A stretch of 28,320 bases of DNA, from positions 1-28,320 of IMG/VR virus record IMGVR_UViG_3300030095_001466; one strand, given 5' to 3'. Positions 25,206 through 28,320 of the stretch are shown here, piece by piece (position 1 is the first letter of the stretch; each line of letters begins with the position of its first letter). A program made the translations under genes and the position numbers. The notes beneath the pieces were generated by a model. It did not search any database and was not told where the DNA came from. It saw nothing but the letters and a program-made list of their open reading frames with translations. Source of the stretch: a virus. Lineage: Duplodnaviria; Caudoviricetes.

Positions 25206-25594
25206 TGACAAGAAAAGAAAATACAGGTATTAGGTGCAAAGAATTTAGCAAATGGATTCGAAAAAATTTACCAAATTCAAATACAGGATTTATGGTTTTT
25301 GATGTTGATTTTGTAATGTATAATCGCCATCAAAAAACTATAATTATAATTGAGGAAAAGACTTATGGAAATGAATGCACATTTGCACAAAATAAATTTT
25401 TAAAATTATTAGATGATATTTTTTGTTCAGGCTCAATAAGTTTAGGTTACAAATATAAAGGATACTATACTATAATTTTTGAGAATGAATGTTTCTATGA
25501 TGGAGAAGCAATTATTATTAACAACAAAACGAAAAAACAAAAAAAAATATCTGAAAAAGAATTTAAAAACTTTATTGATTCAAAATTAAATTAA
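25205..25594 (+). CDS. Putative PD-(D/E)XK nuclease
   Basis: FDVDFV...IIIEEKT...Q motif; TAATG-coupled to the MTase. Confidence 0.6.
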   Translation: MTRKENTGIRCKEFSKWIRKNLPNSNTGFMVFDVDFVMYNRHQKTIIIIEEKTYGNECTFAQNKFLKLLDDIFCSGSISLGYKYKGYYTIIFENECFYDGEAIIINNKTKKQKKISEKEFKNFIDSKLN

Positions 25595-25595
25595 T

Positions 25596-25844
25596 ATGAC
25601 ACCAACAACTAACGATTTATCACAACACGAAAAAAGAGAAATCTTTGGCAGTTACAATACGAACAAACAAACAAGAGCGAAGATTGATTCTCTGATGGAA
25701 GCAATGGCAAAGATTGAATGTAATCTTGGTATTGATTCTACCGATGAAGAAAGAGAAAAAGCTAGTCAAGAACAACTGATCTTTTTAAGTAAGATCAAAG
25801 AACTTGATCCAGTAAAGTATGACATTTTAAAAAAGGTAATATGA
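25596..25844 (+). CDS. Hypothetical protein (82 aa)
   Basis: Tightly packed ORF. Confidence 0.7.
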   Translation: MTPTTNDLSQHEKREIFGSYNTNKQTRAKIDSLMEAMAKIECNLGIDSTDEEREKASQEQLIFLSKIKELDPVKYDILKKVI

Positions 25845-26167
25845 CACAAACAGAATTTGACAAATTAGTAAAACAATTAAATGATTATTCATTTGATATA
25901 ATGGTAAACAAAAGACCTGAATACACAAATGAAGATATGGATGTTCTTGCAAACTTTAAGAGTACGGCAGAACGATTAGATACATCTGAGATGAAAGTAT
26001 GGGCAACATTCTTTGAGAAACAAATACAAAGTATTTATGCTCACCTTAAAAACGCTAATCTTAAAAAGAGTGAACCTATACATTCTAGGTTTGCAGATGT
26101 TATCAATTACTGTTATTTAGGTTATGCTTTATTTGTAGAAAGAGATGGTAAGAAAAAGATTAATTAA
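25841..26167 (+). CDS. Nmad1/DUF1599-like helical protein (dNTP-pyrophosphatase-like fold)
   Basis: K..EY...D.LANF...K...E....RF.D.INY..L pattern. Confidence 0.6.
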   Translation: MTQTEFDKLVKQLNDYSFDIMVNKRPEYTNEDMDVLANFKSTAERLDTSEMKVWATFFEKQIQSIYAHLKNANLKKSEPIHSRFADVINYCYLGYALFVERDGKKKIN

Positions 26168-26270
26168 AATTGTTGCTATTGGATTGATAGCAGTATTAAG
26201 TATATTTTATGTCAAACACAAACAGAAGAAAGGGTCACGATTACGAGAGACAAATACGGAGAGAATATAG
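26145..26270 (+). CDS. Possible 41-aa membrane peptide
   Basis: MVRKRLIKIVAIGLIAVLSIFYVKHKQKKG...; overlaps both neighbours. Confidence 0.35.
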   Translation: MVRKRLIKIVAIGLIAVLSIFYVKHKQKKGSRLRETNTERI

Positions 26271-26559
26271 AGAACTCGGTTGGTCTAATTGTGAAACCTC
26301 AAGATACGCATCTAAGATGATGGATGATAGAAAGATTGATTTGGTAAACACTAAACCGTTTGCAGTTCAATGTAAATCATTAATTAATAATCCCTCTTAC
26401 CATAAGATATTCAAAGAGATGGAGGCAGACGGTGATGATTATAAGATCATATACCATAAAAGAAAGAACGATGGTGAATATGTTATTATGAAGAAAGAAG
26501 ATTTTCACGAATTAGTCGAGATGTTGGTGTGGAATAACATAATAAACTGTGAGACATAA
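26209..26559 (+). CDS. Holliday junction resolvase-like (Hjc-type)
   Basis: RRKGHDYER.I...IDL...FAVQCK. Confidence 0.78.
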   Translation: MSNTNRRKGHDYERQIRREYRELGWSNCETSRYASKMMDDRKIDLVNTKPFAVQCKSLINNPSYHKIFKEMEADGDDYKIIYHKRKNDGEYVIMKKEDFHELVEMLVWNNIINCET

Positions 26560-26568
26560 ATTAAACTA

Positions 26569-26730
26569 ATGAGACATAAACCCCCCTCAAAAGAAGATAA
26601 ACTGCTATTATTAGAGTCACTTGAATGTCTCATTAAAAAAGAGATAGAGTGGTCTTACGATGAATCTGAATCAGACGATTGGTCTAAACTTCACGATCAT
26701 ATCAGAACATTAAAACGGAAATACGTATAA
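26569..26730 (+). CDS. Hypothetical protein (53 aa)
   Basis: MRHKPPSKEDKLLLLESLECLIKKE...KRKYV. Confidence 0.55.
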   Translation: MRHKPPSKEDKLLLLESLECLIKKEIEWSYDESESDDWSKLHDHIRTLKRKYV

Positions 26731-26814
26731 ATATTTTTTTATTTGTAAAAAATATTTTATTATTGTATTTGTCATAAGACACAAAACTAAAACAAACGAT
26801 TTAAACGATTTATT

Positions 26815-26997
26815 ATGAAAAACGATAGTTACCATAAGGCAAAAGAGAAAGCACGTAAGGAACGTGTTAAAAAGCGTGTAGAGTGGATCAATACTGATTG
26901 GTCTGATAAGGTAGAGAATAGTGATATAAATATCAAACTAAAGTCTATGAAAGAGTTAGCAGATGAGATAGAAGAATTAATAGGTAAGAAGAAATGA
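26815..26997 (+). CDS. Hypothetical protein (60 aa)
   Basis: TATTATG start after a promoter-like gap. Confidence 0.65.
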   Translation: MKNDSYHKAKEKARKERVKKRVEWINTDWSDKVENSDINIKLKSMKELADEIEELIGKKK

Positions 26998-27191
26998 TAT
27001 TAGAACACGACATATTCACGTTTGATGTTTCAAGAGAAAGAAACAACCTTACTATTAAGATGACCGACTATGTAACGGAGGAAGGTGAGACAATAAGTTT
27101 ATCTGAACCTGCCGATGTCACATACGTGGTTTCTAAGCAAGTCTACGGTGAAGCTGAAGATTTAATAAACGATTATGAAGCAGATCATTAG
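26994..27191 (+). CDS. Hypothetical acidic protein (65 aa)
   Basis: ATGA coupling. Confidence 0.65.
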   Translation: MILEHDIFTFDVSRERNNLTIKMTDYVTEEGETISLSEPADVTYVVSKQVYGEAEDLINDYEADH

Positions 27192-27297
27192 ATACCTAGT
27201 AAAACGTCTCTTAGACATTTATATATGTACTAGAGAATGTTGTTATAGAGTAGTACCAAGAAAGAATGGTGTATGTAGGTTTTGTAAAATTAAATAA
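27175..27297 (+). CDS. 40-aa Cys-rich peptide (possible Zn finger)
   Basis: MKQIIRYLVKRLLDIYICTRECCYRVVPRKNGVCRFCKIK. Confidence 0.55.
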   Translation: MKQIIRYLVKRLLDIYICTRECCYRVVPRKNGVCRFCKIK

Positions 27298-27298
27298 T

Positions 27299-27379
27299 AT
27301 GAAAAAATATATAGAAAGTTTCTTATTTTTATTGTTGTTGTTTACGACATTATATGTTTCACTAATAATTTTTGTATGA
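27299..27379 (+). CDS. 26-aa hydrophobic peptide
   Basis: MKKYIESFLFLLLLFTTLYVSLIIFV; coupled on both sides. Confidence 0.55.
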   Translation: MKKYIESFLFLLLLFTTLYVSLIIFV

Positions 27380-27549
27380 GTTTATATGAATTTTTAAAAC
27401 AAAACTTTCTTGATTCTTGCTCTAACTCTATGCACGACTTAGACGAGAGAAGAAAGATCATAGAAGAATATAAAGAAGAGGTAAAGCAATTCAAAGAACT
27501 ATTAAATGACGAGTGTAAATCTTTAAAGCACTTAGAGAAGAAATCTTAA
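27376..27549 (+). CDS. Hypothetical coiled-coil protein (57 aa)
   Basis: ATGA-coupled; stop overlaps the convergent tail gene stop (TTAA). Confidence 0.6.
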   Translation: MSLYEFLKQNFLDSCSNSMHDLDERRKIIEEYKEEVKQFKELLNDECKSLKHLEKKS

Positions 27550-28320
27550 TCTTCAGGTTTGATTTTATAGAAGCTAGTTATACTGCTTATATCACCTGCT
27601 ACCGTCAAGTTACTTTGTGTTGGTGTGTGTGTTGATAAGGTATATCTATTCTCTGCTACATCAAACTCATAATTATCAATAGCTAAATGATTATCAACCG
27701 TAAACGTATTAAATAGAATCTTAGGGAATGAAAGCATACTTAACGGTGTTAAGAAACCATTACTGTCTGCAATCTTTCTAAACGTACCCTCATATCTATC
27801 ATTGCTATTTGCAAACTCATTAAGCCTTTGTCTGTTCATAAGTGTTTCTAAAGTAGCACTATCAGATACTGAACCATCAAAATTCTTATAACCAGTAATA
27901 GGGTTTCCACCACTATCGACTAAACAATTAGAATATTTAGTGTCGTTTAACATACCGTATCTGTTTTCGAAAGCAGGTAGAACACCACTATTATCTTTAA
28001 AAGATGAATTTATAATTAACGTTCTAGTATCAAAATATTCTAAATCAGATATTCCTTTTAAGAAGAAGTCATCAAAATACATTCTAAAATTAGGATTATT
28101 ATATACATCCTCTTTGCTCAAAAATATTTCAAGTGTTACTGATCCAGTTATAGGTGAAGGTTGTATTTCAAATTCATTTAAATTCCATTGTTCTTGAACT
28201 GAACCACTTAAACTATTAATACCATCAGTAGCAGAACTTACCCATTGTTGATTGTCTAAATCATAATATTTTGCACCACCTGATGTTGGTGTAACCTTGA
28301 TTCTAAACTTATATTGATAA
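27546..28320 (-). CDS. 3' part of the junction-spanning tail protein (continuation of 1664..1)
   Basis: Frame continues upstream of the track's TTG start: ...QQWVSSATDGINSLSGSVQEQW...LSKEDVYNN. Confidence 0.8.
   Translation of the reverse strand, partial: YQYKFRIKVTPTSGGAKYYDLDNQQWVSSATDGINSLSGSVQEQWNLNEFEIQPSPITGSVTLEIFLSKEDVYNNPNFRMYFDDFFLKGISDLEYFDTRTLIINSSFKDNSGVLPAFENRYGMLNDTKYSNCLVDSGGNPITGYKNFDGSVSDSATLETLMNRQRLNEFANSNDRYEGTFRKIADSNGFLTPLSMLSFPKILFNTFTVDNHLAIDNYEFDVAENRYTLSTHTPTQSNLTVAGDISSITSFYKIKPED
28222..28320. repeat. Terminal direct repeat, copy 2
   Basis: Identical to 1-99. Confidence 0.97.

Noticed and set aside
26782-26789. Minus-strand TAGTTTTG as an antisense promoter
   Set aside because: No downstream ORF on that strand; A-rich leader makes a chance match plausible.
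27940-28197. Plus-strand 85-aa ORF
   Set aside because: Antisense shadow of the junction-spanning tail gene.
28222-28320. 99-bp repeat as a biological terminal repeat or att site
   Set aside because: It falls mid-gene and its length matches a common assembler k-mer; best read as circular overlap.
1-28320. tRNA genes, integrase, stop-codon reassignment
   Set aside because: No cloverleaf or recombinase motifs seen; genes are intact and dense under the standard code, with all three stops in use.

Overview
The window is most likely a complete, circularly assembled, AT-rich siphovirus-like phage genome of about 28,221 bp. Bases 1-99 recur exactly at 28222-28320, and one ~779-codon tail gene reads in frame across that junction. 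The host is probably Bacteroidota (Flavobacteriia): eight exact TAnnTTTG -7 promoter elements lie just upstream of minus-strand genes, and starts lack Shine-Dalgarno motifs. The minus-strand arm (22275 leftwards) encodes an SF4 helicase, terminases, an extended portal, MuF, HK97-type protease and capsid, neck genes, a lysis block, HNH, a tail fibre with a Peptidase S74 chaperone, tail tube, frameshifted tail chaperones, tape measure and a tail-tip protein. The plus-strand arm encodes an HTH protein, SSB-like protein, RecE-like exonuclease, a DNA MTase with a putative PD-(D/E)XK partner, an Nmad1-like protein, a resolvase and micro-ORFs. I found no integrase, polymerase, primase, tRNA or CRISPR array. 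Most notable: (1) the portal carries three extra domains separated by acidic linkers ending in Lys-Gln/Ser, possibly a protease-processed capsid cargo polyprotein; (2) DNA-level conserved boxes separate tail-fibre modules; (3) CATG and several CCWGN pentamers are depleted, with the pentamer exceptions confined to the tail fibre and MTase cassette. All family assignments are from motif recognition and all counts are from manual reading, not computation.
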